Assembly (NCBI GenBank): GCA_963733605.1
Contig: CAVTDY010000009.1
Span: 1-32,000 of the forward strand
Direction: 5' to 3'
Origin: an uncultured Actinomycetota bacterium
GTDB lineage: Bacteria > Actinomycetota > Actinomycetes > Mycobacteriales > Mycobacteriaceae
Length of the DNA: 32,000 nt
The translations under genes and the position numbers were made by a program. Each line of letters opens with the position of its first letter. Position 1 is the first letter of the stretch. The notes under the pieces are model-generated. The model was not told the origin of the DNA. It saw only the letters and a list, made by a program, of their open reading frames with translations, and made no database searches. This document shows positions 1-8,401 of this stretch, piece after piece.

Positions 1-335
1 GGCCGGCATCGCCGCCCCGAGTTGCCCCGGCTGCTGTATGTCAAGGCGCCGGCGCCTCGATCGCGCGCCCGGCCTGGCTGATCTGCTGGCCCGCATCAAG
101 GAGGAGTCCTCGATCTCCTATGCGCAGGGCGGCTGCTCACTGCGGCGGCTGCCGCGTGGCACTTCCACCTTGTGCTGAAGCTGGCCCACGCACGGGGGCG
201 CATCTGGTTCCTCCCGGTGTACCTGCCGAAGCCATTGCAATGGCCAGCCTGCTTCGTGATGATCATCCTCGGCGTGGCCGTGTATTGCTAAGCGGCACCG
301 CCGTCCAAGTGGTGGTGTGTTCGGCTGATGAGAGA

Positions 336-541
336 ATGCTGGCTATGAGCCCCGCCAAGGCCGCGCCCGCAGTCCGCTTCGAGGCGACCCTGTACACCAT
401 CGACGGGTCGACCATCCTTCGGCTACCGGAGAGGCGAGTAACCAGCTGCCGTCCCGTGGCCAGGTGGCGGTCCAGGCAACCGTCAACGGGCACGCGTGCC
501 AGACCGTCGTCGGACCTTTCGAAGAACGGGAAGCTGATTAA
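336..541 (+). pseudogene. DUF1905-like small protein, apparently frameshifted
   Basis: From ATG 336/345 the translation reads ...AVRFEATLYTIDGSTILRLPE. The family-typical continuation EASNQLPSRGQVAVQATVNGHACQTV is readable only in a shifted frame from about nt 431-434, consistent with loss of 1 nt. The shifted frame stops at TAA 539-541. The gene sits directly upstream of a DUF1801 gene. Confidence 0.4.
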
Positions 542-605
542 TCCGCGATGATCCACCTGGCCCATGCGGTGAGCCAGCCCTGCGGCTCGTGGGGGTGAGC
601 CTAGG

Positions 606-1031
606 ATGACACCGCGCACGAGCAGTCCACGCCAAGACCCGGCGGCGTCGCGCGCCATCGACGCCATCATCGAGGCACCCGGCGACTGGCGGAGCACGAC
701 GCTTGCACGACTGCGAGCGGTGATCCTCAGCGCCGACGCATCCATCGTCGAGGAGGTGAAATGGAAAAAGCCGTCCCGGCCGATGGGCGTCCCCGTGTGG
801 TCGCGCGATGGGAACATCTGCATCGGTGAGGCACTCAAGAGCGCGGTACGGCTGACGTTCCCGAAGGGCGCGCTGTTGAAGGACCCGAAGCACGTGTTCA
901 ACACCCGGCTCGACAGCGCCGCCGTGCGCGCCGTTGATTCCCGTGAGGGGGACATGGTGAATGAACCGGCGCTGCGGGCACTCATCCGTCAGGCTGTGGA
1001 GCTGAACACGTCGAAGGCTCGCACGCGATGA
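606..1031 (+). CDS. DUF1801 (YdhG-like) domain protein
   Basis: 141-aa ORF. The segment EEVKWKKPSRPMGVPVWSRDGNICIGEALKSAVRLTFPKGALLKDP fits the DUF1801 pattern as I remember it. GC3 is high in this frame, and a purine-rich stretch GGGGGTGAG lies upstream of the ATG. Confidence 0.8.
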   Translation: MTPRTSSPRQDPAASRAIDAIIEAPGDWRSTTLARLRAVILSADASIVEEVKWKKPSRPMGVPVWSRDGNICIGEALKSAVRLTFPKGALLKDPKHVFNTRLDSAAVRAVDSREGDMVNEPALRALIRQAVELNTSKARTR

Positions 1032-1323
1032 GACGCGCAGACGCCCCGTCCGCCCCGTCGTCGGCCGCACCCACAGCCGCCACCACAGCGGCGTGGGGGT
1101 GAACCGCCCCAAACGGGTTAGGGTGCTGGCAAATGACAGGCCCGGAAGCCTCAGCCACCTAGTATTCGAGTCACCTTGACGTTCGGGCGCACAGCTGACA
1201 CGAACTTGTCGCCGTGGGCGCGCTTCGATGAGCGATCAAGATGAGTGGGTCGTGCGAGATTGCCGTCCCAATCCGCCCGGACCAAGCACCAGCCGCGCCA
1301 GGCGCGATATTGCGGCGCGCCGG

Positions 1324-1623
1324 TCAGCGTCCGCGGACGTGCCCCGCGGCCATCCGCCCGAGTTCGAATACCGCGGTGCCGGTTGTCACGACCGGGTCCT
1401 GCGCGGCGAAGTCGCGCAGGGCCTGCTCGTCATCGGTCTCGACAACCGCGAGGCCGTACGAGTCATCGTCAGTGAGGATCGGTCCGAACACCACCATGTC
1501 GCCACGTTCAAGGTACGGGCGCCAGTGGGCGGCATGGCGATTCATGATCTCCCGCTCCGCGTCGGTCATAGTCTGGGCGAAGTTCGGCCGCGGAGCGATG
1601 AGGCGCAGGACGAAGGTGGGCAT
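1324..1623 (-). CDS. YciI-family protein
   Basis: I trimmed the 149-aa track ORF to the internal ATG (1623..1621). The product MPTFVLRLIAPRPNFAQTMTDAEREIMNRHAAHWRPYLERGDMVVFGPILTDDDSYGLAVVETDDEQALRDFAAQDPVV... has the usual YciI length (about 99 aa) and motif order. Confidence 0.75.
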   Translation of the reverse strand: MPTFVLRLIAPRPNFAQTMTDAEREIMNRHAAHWRPYLERGDMVVFGPILTDDDSYGLAVVETDDEQALRDFAAQDPVVTTGTAVFELGRMAAGHVRGR

Positions 1624-2036
1624 GCAGCGGACTCTACAGCCGCGCATTGGCCAGAAGGTTAAGCAACGCGACAGACAGAAGATACCGATCTGCCCACCTC
1701 CAGCGGACCGGACTAAAGGGAGTATTCCAGCACCGAATTGGGCTGGAGCGTGCGCTTCGCCGGAATCGAGCATCGATCACATAGCGTCAGCAGGACAGGC
1801 AAGTTAACCGAGTTTCGGTATCACCGGGTAGTTGCTGCTCCAAGCCACGCCCCCGTCGCCCTGCAGGTGCATCGCGACCCGCGGATCTCCCGGTAGCTGG
1901 ACGGAGCGCCCGCTTTAGGTGTGGTGGGGCTGGCCGAACCGCCAATCCGGGTGTTGCCACGGTGGGCGCGGGTGGTCCCGGGTCACGAGGATGGAGGCAA
2001 CCCCCGAGGCGGCGCGGGTTCCAAGGCTCCCGTATT

Positions 2037-2048
2037 AGTTAGGTAACT
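2037..2048. promoter_or_regulatory. Candidate TetR operator O1 (AGTTAGGTAACT)
   Basis: Near-perfect palindrome with AGTTA-N2-TAACT half-sites. It lies in the only AT-rich stretch upstream of the MFS-TetR operon, 72 nt before the MFS start. Confidence 0.5.
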
Positions 2049-2082
2049 CACTTGGCATCCAGCAATCTTTAGTGCGATGCTA

Positions 2083-2094
2083 AGTTAGCTAACT
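2083..2094. promoter_or_regulatory. Candidate TetR operator O2 (AGTTAGCTAACT)
   Basis: Perfect 12-bp palindrome 46 bp downstream of O1. It lies just upstream of the AAGGAGAGG ribosome-binding site and the ATG at 2120. Confidence 0.55.
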
Positions 2095-2119
2095 AACTCA
2101 TAAGGAGAGGTGCCCGGGC

Positions 2120-3619
2120 ATGGAATCACCACAGGGACAAGTCGTATCGGTCGCCGACTCGCGCCTCAGGCTGCGATCGCGGTTGGGCGCGCTCACCCTG
2201 CTGCTGCTGTGCGCCGTTCAGTTCCTCGACATCGCCGACGCGTCAATCGTCAACGTCGCGCTGCCGTCGATCCAGCGCAACCTGCACTTCTCCCAGCAGA
2301 ACCTGCAGTGGGTGGCCAGCGGCTACATCCTCACCTACGGGGGATTTCTCCTGCTCGGGGGACGCCTCGGCGACCTGCTCGGCCGCCGGCGCATGCTGAT
2401 CACCGGGCTCACCGTGTTCGCCGTGGCGTCGCTGACCGCCGGACTGGCCGGCACCTCGGGCCTGCTGGTCGCCGCCCGGCTCGTCCAGGGCATCGGCGCC
2501 GCGCTCATGGCACCGGCGGCCCTTTCCCAGCTCACGACAACCTTCCGTGAGGGCAAGGACCGCAACACCGCGCTCGGGGCCTGGGGGGCGATCAGCGGGG
2601 TGGCCGCCGCGGCCGGCGTCTTCCTCGGCGGCCTGCTCGCCCAGGGCCCCGGGTGGCGATGGGTCTTCTTCATCAATCCCCCGATCTGTGCTCTGGTGCT
2701 CGCCGGGGCGCTGCTACTGCTCCGAAAGGACTCACCAGCCAGGAGCCAGGACTCGACATTCGACACCCAGGGCGCGGCGCTGATCACGGGGGGCGTGCTG
2801 CTCCTGGTGTACTCCCTGGTCCGCGCGCCGGCCGTGGGCTGGGGCTCGGTCCAGACCATCCTGACGCTAGCCGGATCGGCCGTCCTGGTCGCCGCGTTCG
2901 CCCTCAACGAGCGGCGCAGCCGCAACCCCCTGCTCCCGTTCGCCATTCTGCGGGTGAAAGGACTCGTGGCCGCAGACCTGACCCAGCTGATCGCCTTCGC
3001 CGGCTTCTTCTCGATGTTCTTCTTCGTCACCCTGTACATGCAGGAGGTCCTGCACTACTCACCCCTCCAGGCCGGTACCGCCTACCTCCCCATCACGGTC
3101 GGCTTCGCCGTCGCGGGAGGCATCGCCTCCCAGCTGATTACCCGCATCGGCACCCGCCCCGTGGTGGTGGCCGGCTGCCTGGTAGCGGCGGCCGGGATCT
3201 ACTACCTGTCGCGCGTGCCGTTGCACGGGTCGTACGTCACCGACGTGCTCCCGGGATTCCTGGTCATGTCGCTGGGCGCGGGATCGGTGTTCGTCTCGGT
3301 CGCGGCCGCCGCCAACGCCGGCGTTCCCGGTGACAAGGCGGGTCTCGCGGCGGGACTGCTCAACGCTTCCCAGCAGGTCGGCAGCGCGCTCGGCCTGGCC
3401 ATCCTGTCCGTCCTGGCGATCACCCGCACCAACGACCTGATCGCCGCCGGGGCATCCCCCGTCATCGGCCTGGACGCCGGGTACCACCGGGCCCTCCTGG
3501 TCGGCAGCCTCTTGATGGCAGCGGCCGCCCTCATCGCCCTGCGTATCGGCAACACCCGCGCAGCGGCCCCGCTGGTCCTGGTCGACACAGTGCCGGCTCC
3601 AGAGCCGGCCGTCCGATAA
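2120..3619 (+). CDS. MFS transporter, DHA2 (EmrB/QacA-like) drug/H+ antiporter
   Basis: 499-aa protein that is hydrophobic throughout. The N-terminal LDIADASIVNVALPSI and the motif-A-like GGRLGDLLGRRRML are typical of 14-TMS DHA2 exporters. A strong SD (AAGGAGAGG) precedes the ATG. Confidence 0.9.
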   Translation: MESPQGQVVSVADSRLRLRSRLGALTLLLLCAVQFLDIADASIVNVALPSIQRNLHFSQQNLQWVASGYILTYGGFLLLGGRLGDLLGRRRMLITGLTVFAVASLTAGLAGTSGLLVAARLVQGIGAALMAPAALSQLTTTFREGKDRNTALGAWGAISGVAAAAGVFLGGLLAQGPGWRWVFFINPPICALVLAGALLLLRKDSPARSQDSTFDTQGAALITGGVLLLVYSLVRAPAVGWGSVQTILTLAGSAVLVAAFALNERRSRNPLLPFAILRVKGLVAADLTQLIAFAGFFSMFFFVTLYMQEVLHYSPLQAGTAYLPITVGFAVAGGIASQLITRIGTRPVVVAGCLVAAAGIYYLSRVPLHGSYVTDVLPGFLVMSLGAGSVFVSVAAAANAGVPGDKAGLAAGLLNASQQVGSALGLAILSVLAITRTNDLIAAGASPVIGLDAGYHRALLVGSLLMAAAALIALRIGNTRAAAPLVLVDTVPAPEPAVR

Positions 3620-3651
3620 CCGGCAAGAAGAGAATCTACAATAATAGTGAG

Positions 3652-4248
3652 ATGACTAACTCACCGGGACGAATTCCGGAAGGTGCGGCGGAGCAACCGC
3701 CCGGGAAGCGGCAGCGCCTCATCGGTGCCGCAAGCCACCTGCTGCACCAGCAGGGCGTTGAAAAGACAACGCTGGCTGACATCGCACAAGCCGCGGACGT
3801 GCCTGCGGGCAACGTCTACTACTACTTCAAGACCAAAGACGACATCATCGCCGCGGTCATCGAAGCCCACGTCCAACAGTCCAAGGCGGCGCTCGCCTCG
3901 ATCGACAGCAGGCACCGCTCACCAAAGAGCCGATTGAAGGCCCTCGTCGGCGAGTACGCAGATCAAAGTGAGGTCATCGCGCTATACGGGTGCCCGCATG
4001 GCAGCCTCTGCTCGGAACTGGACAAACGCCCCGGCATCCCCGACTTTGCACTCGCGGAGCTGATGCGCGTCCCCATCGAGTGGGCTAAGGAGCAGTTCCG
4101 GGCACTGGGCCGGCGCGACGCCCATGACCTCGCCGTGAGCCTCATCGCCGCATATGAAGGAAGCGCGCTGCTCACCAACACCCTCCGCGATCCAGACATC
4201 CTCGCCCGCGAAGCCCGTCGTCTCAACCGCTGGATCGACACATTCTGA
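3652..4248 (+). CDS. TetR/AcrR-family transcriptional regulator
   Basis: 198 aa. The HTH reads GVEKTTLADIAQAADVPAGNVYYYFKTKDDIIAAV. The gene lies 32 nt downstream of the MFS gene on the same strand. Confidence 0.9.
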   Translation: MTNSPGRIPEGAAEQPPGKRQRLIGAASHLLHQQGVEKTTLADIAQAADVPAGNVYYYFKTKDDIIAAVIEAHVQQSKAALASIDSRHRSPKSRLKALVGEYADQSEVIALYGCPHGSLCSELDKRPGIPDFALAELMRVPIEWAKEQFRALGRRDAHDLAVSLIAAYEGSALLTNTLRDPDILAREARRLNRWIDTF

Positions 4249-4330
4249 TGACTCACCGATGCAGGCCAACTGCGCGTGGTCACGTGAGAGTACTGACAAC
4301 ACGGCCACGTCCAGCCTGACGGAACCCGCG

Positions 4331-4500
4331 TCAGTGGTGGTGGCCCTGGCGGCCGAGGGTCTCCACGGGGGTCGCGCCCGGGCGGGTCCACTGCGGCACG
4401 GGCCGGCTGGTCGGGCCCCAGGTGGCGACGCCGCGGTTGCGCTTGAGCCGGTTGATCCCGCACTCCACGGCGTGGCGGAGCTTGAAAGATGTGGCAAGCG
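4331..4500 (-). mobile_element. IS5-family (DDE) transposase C-terminal remnant
   Basis: The minus-strand translation contains FKLRHAVECGINRLKRNRGVAT. This is the conserved C-terminal box of IS5/IS4-type transposases (usually followed by RYDK). No upstream catalytic region and no inverted repeats are recognisable, so I read it as a scar. Confidence 0.4.
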
Positions 4501-4600
4501 CAGGTAAGTCCACCCATGCGACGTGACCGGCTACCGCAACTCGAGTCATCTGTGCGAGGGTATGCGGGGTCCCCTCAAGCCAGGAGACAGGAGGACGGCA

Positions 4601-5050
4601 ATGGCGGTGCTGACCGGCAGCTCAACTGCCGAGGTCGACGCCCCGATCGAACAGGTGTGGGCGGTCGTCGAGGACGTGGAGCGGACGCCCGAGTGGCAGG
4701 GCGGGCTGAAGGGGATGCGTGCCCTCGAGCGCGACGACGAAGGGCACGCGATCTTGTGCCAGGCCGAAGGCGACGCCAAGGTCCGGACGATCAAGTCCAC
4801 CGTCCGCTTCACCTATAACGGTCCCACTACTCTCGCCTGGAGGCAGGAGAAGGGCGAGCTCAAGTCGGTTGACGGCCGCTGGGAGCTCGAGGACCTGGGC
4901 GGGAACCGGACGCGGGCGACCTACTCGCTAGAGGTTGACCTGGGCCGCATGCTCAGCCTTGTGATTCGCGGCCCGCTGGTGGACCTGTTGCGGGGAATGT
5001 TCGTGAGCGCCCGGGCGGGCGAGCTCAAGCGGGTGATCGAGTCCGGCTGA
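4601..5050 (+). CDS. SRPBCC (START/polyketide cyclase-dehydrase-like) family protein
   Basis: I trimmed the track ORF to ATG 4601, which is preceded by GGAGACAGGAGGA. The product MAVLTGSSTAEVDAPIEQVWAVVEDVERTPEWQGGLKGM...GRWELEDLGGNRTRATYSLEVDLG has the usual SRPBCC length (149 aa) and pattern. Confidence 0.8.
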   Translation: MAVLTGSSTAEVDAPIEQVWAVVEDVERTPEWQGGLKGMRALERDDEGHAILCQAEGDAKVRTIKSTVRFTYNGPTTLAWRQEKGELKSVDGRWELEDLGGNRTRATYSLEVDLGRMLSLVIRGPLVDLLRGMFVSARAGELKRVIESG

Positions 5051-5165
5051 GGCGGGACGTGGTAGCGGCCTGGCCGCGGCAATTGAACTGCGTCCCACTG
5101 TATTTTCCTCTTCTTGCTTCCCTCTTAAGAACCGAACGCTCCTGCCTCGACGATGGGGGACGTCG

Positions 5166-6182
5166 GTGACAGCTGTAATGCCTGAGGGAGTCGCGCTGGC
5201 CCGGGATCTGGTCGGCCCTGCGATGGAGTCGGTGATCGCCCGGCTGACCCCGGATGTGCGGGCTGTCGCGGCGTATCATCTGGGCTTTGCCGATGCCGGG
5301 GGTAACCCGATCAGGAGCGGTAGCGGCAAGGCGCTGCGGCCGGCGCTTGCGCTGTTGTCGGCTCGTGCCGCGGGCGCGCCGCCGGAGCGGGGGGTGACGG
5401 CCGCGGTGGCGGTGGAGCTGGTGCACAACTTCTCGCTGTTGCACGACGACATCATGGATAACGACACCGAGCGCCGGCACCGGCCGACGGCCTGGACCGT
5501 GTTCGGTGTCGGCGCGGCGATCCTGGCCGGGGACGCGCTGCTCGCGCTGGCTCAGGACATGCTGCTGGAGGATGGTCATCCGCAGGGCGCGTGGGCGGCC
5601 CGGTGCCTGTCCGCGGCGGTGCAGCGGCTGATCGGGGGGCAGGGCTCGGATCTGGCGTTCGAGAAGCGTGAGGACGTGACGCTGGCCGAGTGCCTGGACA
5701 TGGCGGGTGATAAGACCGCCGCGCTGATGGCGTGTGCGTGCAGTATCGGCGCGGTGCATCTGGGTGCGCCGCCGGCGCTGGCGATGGGGCTGGCCGGGTT
5801 CGGCGCGCACGTCGGGCTGGCGTTCCAGCTCACCGATGACCTGCTCGGCATCTGGGGGGCGCCGGAGGTGACCGGCAAGCCGGTCCGCGCCGACCTGCGG
5901 GCCCGCAAGAAGTCGCTGCCGGTGGTGGCCGCGCTAACCAGCGGCACGCCCGCGGCGGGCGAACTGCGGGTGCTGCTCGGCGACCCGGAGCCGCTGAGCG
6001 AGGGCGACCTGGTGCGGGCGGCCGGCCTGGTGGTCGCGGCGGGCGGGCGGGACTGGGCCGAGGCCGAAGCCGACACCCAGCTCGCCGCGGCCAACGCCAG
6101 CCTGGCCGACATCGACCTGGCCGCCGACGTCCGGGCCGAACTGACCGCGATCGCCGAATTCATCACGGCGCGCCAATGGTAA
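5166..6182 (+). CDS. Polyprenyl diphosphate synthase (short-chain, FPP/GGPP type)
   Basis: Both aspartate-rich motifs are present: LLHDDIMDND (FARM) and FQLTDDLLGIWG (SARM). The start is GTG 5166 or ATG 5178. The 3-prime end overlaps the shc ORF. Confidence 0.9.
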   Translation: MTAVMPEGVALARDLVGPAMESVIARLTPDVRAVAAYHLGFADAGGNPIRSGSGKALRPALALLSARAAGAPPERGVTAAVAVELVHNFSLLHDDIMDNDTERRHRPTAWTVFGVGAAILAGDALLALAQDMLLEDGHPQGAWAARCLSAAVQRLIGGQGSDLAFEKREDVTLAECLDMAGDKTAALMACACSIGAVHLGAPPALAMGLAGFGAHVGLAFQLTDDLLGIWGAPEVTGKPVRADLRARKKSLPVVAALTSGTPAAGELRVLLGDPEPLSEGDLVRAAGLVVAAGGRDWAEAEADTQLAAANASLADIDLAADVRAELTAIAEFITARQW

Positions 6183-8176
6183 AGGACAGCCTCATGTTTA
6201 CTGACACCCCGATGTTTACGGACAACACTGCGCCCGTCGACCTCGCGACCCTGAACGCAGCCCGTGATGCCCTGGCCCGGGCTCGCGATCACGCGCTCGG
6301 CCTGCAGGATGCCGAGGGGTGGTGGCAGAGCGGATTCGAGACCAACGTGACCATGGACGCCGAGGACCTGCTGCTGCGCGAGTTCCTCGGCGTGGCTGAC
6401 GACGCGCTGATCGCGGCGGCGGGCCGCTGGATCCGGTCCCAGCAGCGGGACGACGGCACCTGGGCCAACTTCTACGGCGGGCCGGGCGACCTGTCCACCA
6501 CGGTCGAGGCCTACCTGGCGCTGCGGCTGGCCGGCGACGAGCCGGACGCGCCGCACATGAAACAGGCCTGCGACTGGATCCTGGACCAGGGCGGGCTCGA
6601 GGCGACCCGGGTGTTCACCCGGATCTGGCTGGCGCTGTCCGGCCTGTGGTCCTGGGACGACCTGCCGGTCATCCCGCCTGAGATGATCTACATGCCGTCC
6701 TGGCTCCCGCTCAACATCTACGACTGGGCGTGCTGGGCGCGGCAGACGATCGTCGCGCTCGCCGTGCTCCAGTCCTTCAGCCCGTCCCGCCCGCTCCCGT
6801 TCACCATCGACGAGCTCCGCACTGGCGTTACCCCGAGGCGTCCGCCCGCCGATACCTGGGCGCGCGTCTTCGCCGTCCTGGACAAGGCGCTGCACCATTA
6901 TCGTCCTGTCAAGTCGGTGCGGCGGGCCGCGCTGCGGCGCTGCGCCGACTGGATCATCGCCCGGCAGGAGCGGGACGGCTCCTGGGGCGGGATCCAGCCG
7001 CCGTGGGTGTACTCGCTGATGGCGCTGAACCTGCTCGGCTACGACGTGAGCCACCCGGTCATGGCGCGCGGGCTGGCGGGCCTTGACCGGTTTACGATCA
7101 CCGAGGACACCGCGGACGGCCCGATGCGCACCTTCGACGCGTGCCAGGGGCCGGTCTGGGGCACCGTGCTGATGATGGTCGCGCTCTCCGACGCGGGACT
7201 GCCTCCCGATCATCCCGCCCTGGTGGACTCCGCGCGGTGGGTGCTCGGCGAAGAGATCCGCGGGCCTGGGGACTGGCAGGTGCGCAGGCCGGAGCTGGCC
7301 CCGGGCAGCTGGTCGTTCTCGTTCGAGAACGACGTCTACCCCGACAACGATGACGCCGCGGAAGTCGTGCTCGCGCTGCGACGGGTCCGTCCCGTGGACC
7401 CCGCAGATCTCCTCGGCCGTGGGTTCTCCGAGCCTGGCCTGCAGGCCGCCATCGAGCGAGGGATGCGATGGCTGGCCGGGATGCAGTCAAAGGACGGCGG
7501 CTGGGGCGCGTTCGACGCGGACAACACCCGCAAGCTCGTCAAGAAGCCGCCGTTCTGCGACTTCGGTGAAGTCATCGACCCGCCCTCGGCGGACGTGACC
7601 GCGCATGTCGTCGAGGCGCTCGCGGCCGAGGGGCGGGCCGACTCGGTCACGGTCCGCCGGGGCGTGGTCTGGTTGCTGCGGGCCCAGGAACCGGACGGAT
7701 CCTGGTTCGGCCGGTGGGGCGCCAACTACGTGTACGGCACCGGCGCCGTGGTGCCCGCGCTGATCGCGGCCGGAGTGAGGCCGTCCAAGCCCGTCATCCG
7801 CCGCGCCGTGGCCTGGCTGGAGAACCACCAGAATCCTGACGGCGGCTGGGGCGAGGACCTGCGCTCCTATGACGACCCGGCGCTGGCCGGACGCGGTGAG
7901 TCCACCGCGTCGCAGACCGCCTGGGCGCTGCTCGCCCTGCTCGCGGCCGGGGAGCACCGCGGCGCCGCAGCCGAGCGCGGGATCCGCTGGCTGGCCCAGA
8001 CGCAGCGCGCCGACGGGTCCTGGGACCAGCCGCAGTACACCGGCACCGGGTTCCCCGGCGACGTCTACATCAACTATCACCTGTACCGGCTGGCCTTCCC
8101 CATCAGCGCGCTCGGCCGCTATGTGGGTCTTACGCATCCGGAGGTAGCACATGACGGAGACGATCCCGCATCCTAG
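6176..8176 (+). CDS. shc: Squalene-hopene cyclase
   Basis: 666 aa with repeated QW motifs (QQRDDGTW, RQERDGSWGG, MQSKDGGWGAF, AQEPDGSWFGRWG, HQNPDGGWGE, TQRADGSW). The catalytic box reads DVYPDNDDAAEV (DxDD), and GGWGAFDADNTRKLVKKPPFCDFGEVIDPPSADVTAHV is present. Alternative starts are ATG 6194 (AAGGA 7 nt upstream) and ATG 6212. Confidence 0.93.
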   Translation: MVKDSLMFTDTPMFTDNTAPVDLATLNAARDALARARDHALGLQDAEGWWQSGFETNVTMDAEDLLLREFLGVADDALIAAAGRWIRSQQRDDGTWANFYGGPGDLSTTVEAYLALRLAGDEPDAPHMKQACDWILDQGGLEATRVFTRIWLALSGLWSWDDLPVIPPEMIYMPSWLPLNIYDWACWARQTIVALAVLQSFSPSRPLPFTIDELRTGVTPRRPPADTWARVFAVLDKALHHYRPVKSVRRAALRRCADWIIARQERDGSWGGIQPPWVYSLMALNLLGYDVSHPVMARGLAGLDRFTITEDTADGPMRTFDACQGPVWGTVLMMVALSDAGLPPDHPALVDSARWVLGEEIRGPGDWQVRRPELAPGSWSFSFENDVYPDNDDAAEVVLALRRVRPVDPADLLGRGFSEPGLQAAIERGMRWLAGMQSKDGGWGAFDADNTRKLVKKPPFCDFGEVIDPPSADVTAHVVEALAAEGRADSVTVRRGVVWLLRAQEPDGSWFGRWGANYVYGTGAVVPALIAAGVRPSKPVIRRAVAWLENHQNPDGGWGEDLRSYDDPALAGRGESTASQTAWALLALLAAGEHRGAAAERGIRWLAQTQRADGSWDQPQYTGTGFPGDVYINYHLYRLAFPISALGRYVGLTHPEVAHDGDDPAS

Positions 8177-8401
8177 CGGCGCCGAAGCCGCGCCGGCTCC
8201 GGCTAGGCCGTGCTCGAGGGGCCGGGCAGCGAACTGTTTTCCGCAGGCGGCTTACGTCCTGTTGGGTCAGGCCGCGGTCCGGGCAGTATAAGGGATGGGA
8301 GGGAAGATGCTTGTTCCCAGCGGCGCGTTGTGCCTGTTCAGCTCCCGGGGTGTGCCGCCGACCCGAGGCGGCCGGCCAGATCAGGCTCTGGGGTTAGCCC
8401 G

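Noticed and set aside
1-335. Possible 3-prime end of a gene entering from the left. PRLLYVKAPAP and DRAPGLADLLARIKEESSISY vaguely recall an actinobacterial ATPase C-terminus.
   Set aside because: The two peptides are in different frames and the expected continuation is not found. I cannot support a call from this fragment.
5576-7213. Long antisense ORFs: 5576-7213(-), 11390-12832(+), 13767-15470(+), 16557-17726(+), 17305-18258(+), 27634-28569(+), 30271-31161(-) and others
   Set aside because: Their products are Arg/Pro/Gly-rich and low in complexity. They lie opposite clearly conserved genes. This is the usual stop-codon-poor antisense artefact of high-GC DNA.
8210-8401. GTG 8210 as the start of the FHA-ABC exporter (863 aa)
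   Set aside because: The extra 64 residues are Gly/Arg/Pro-rich with no domain. FHA1 begins right after ATG 8402. I keep it only as an alternative start.
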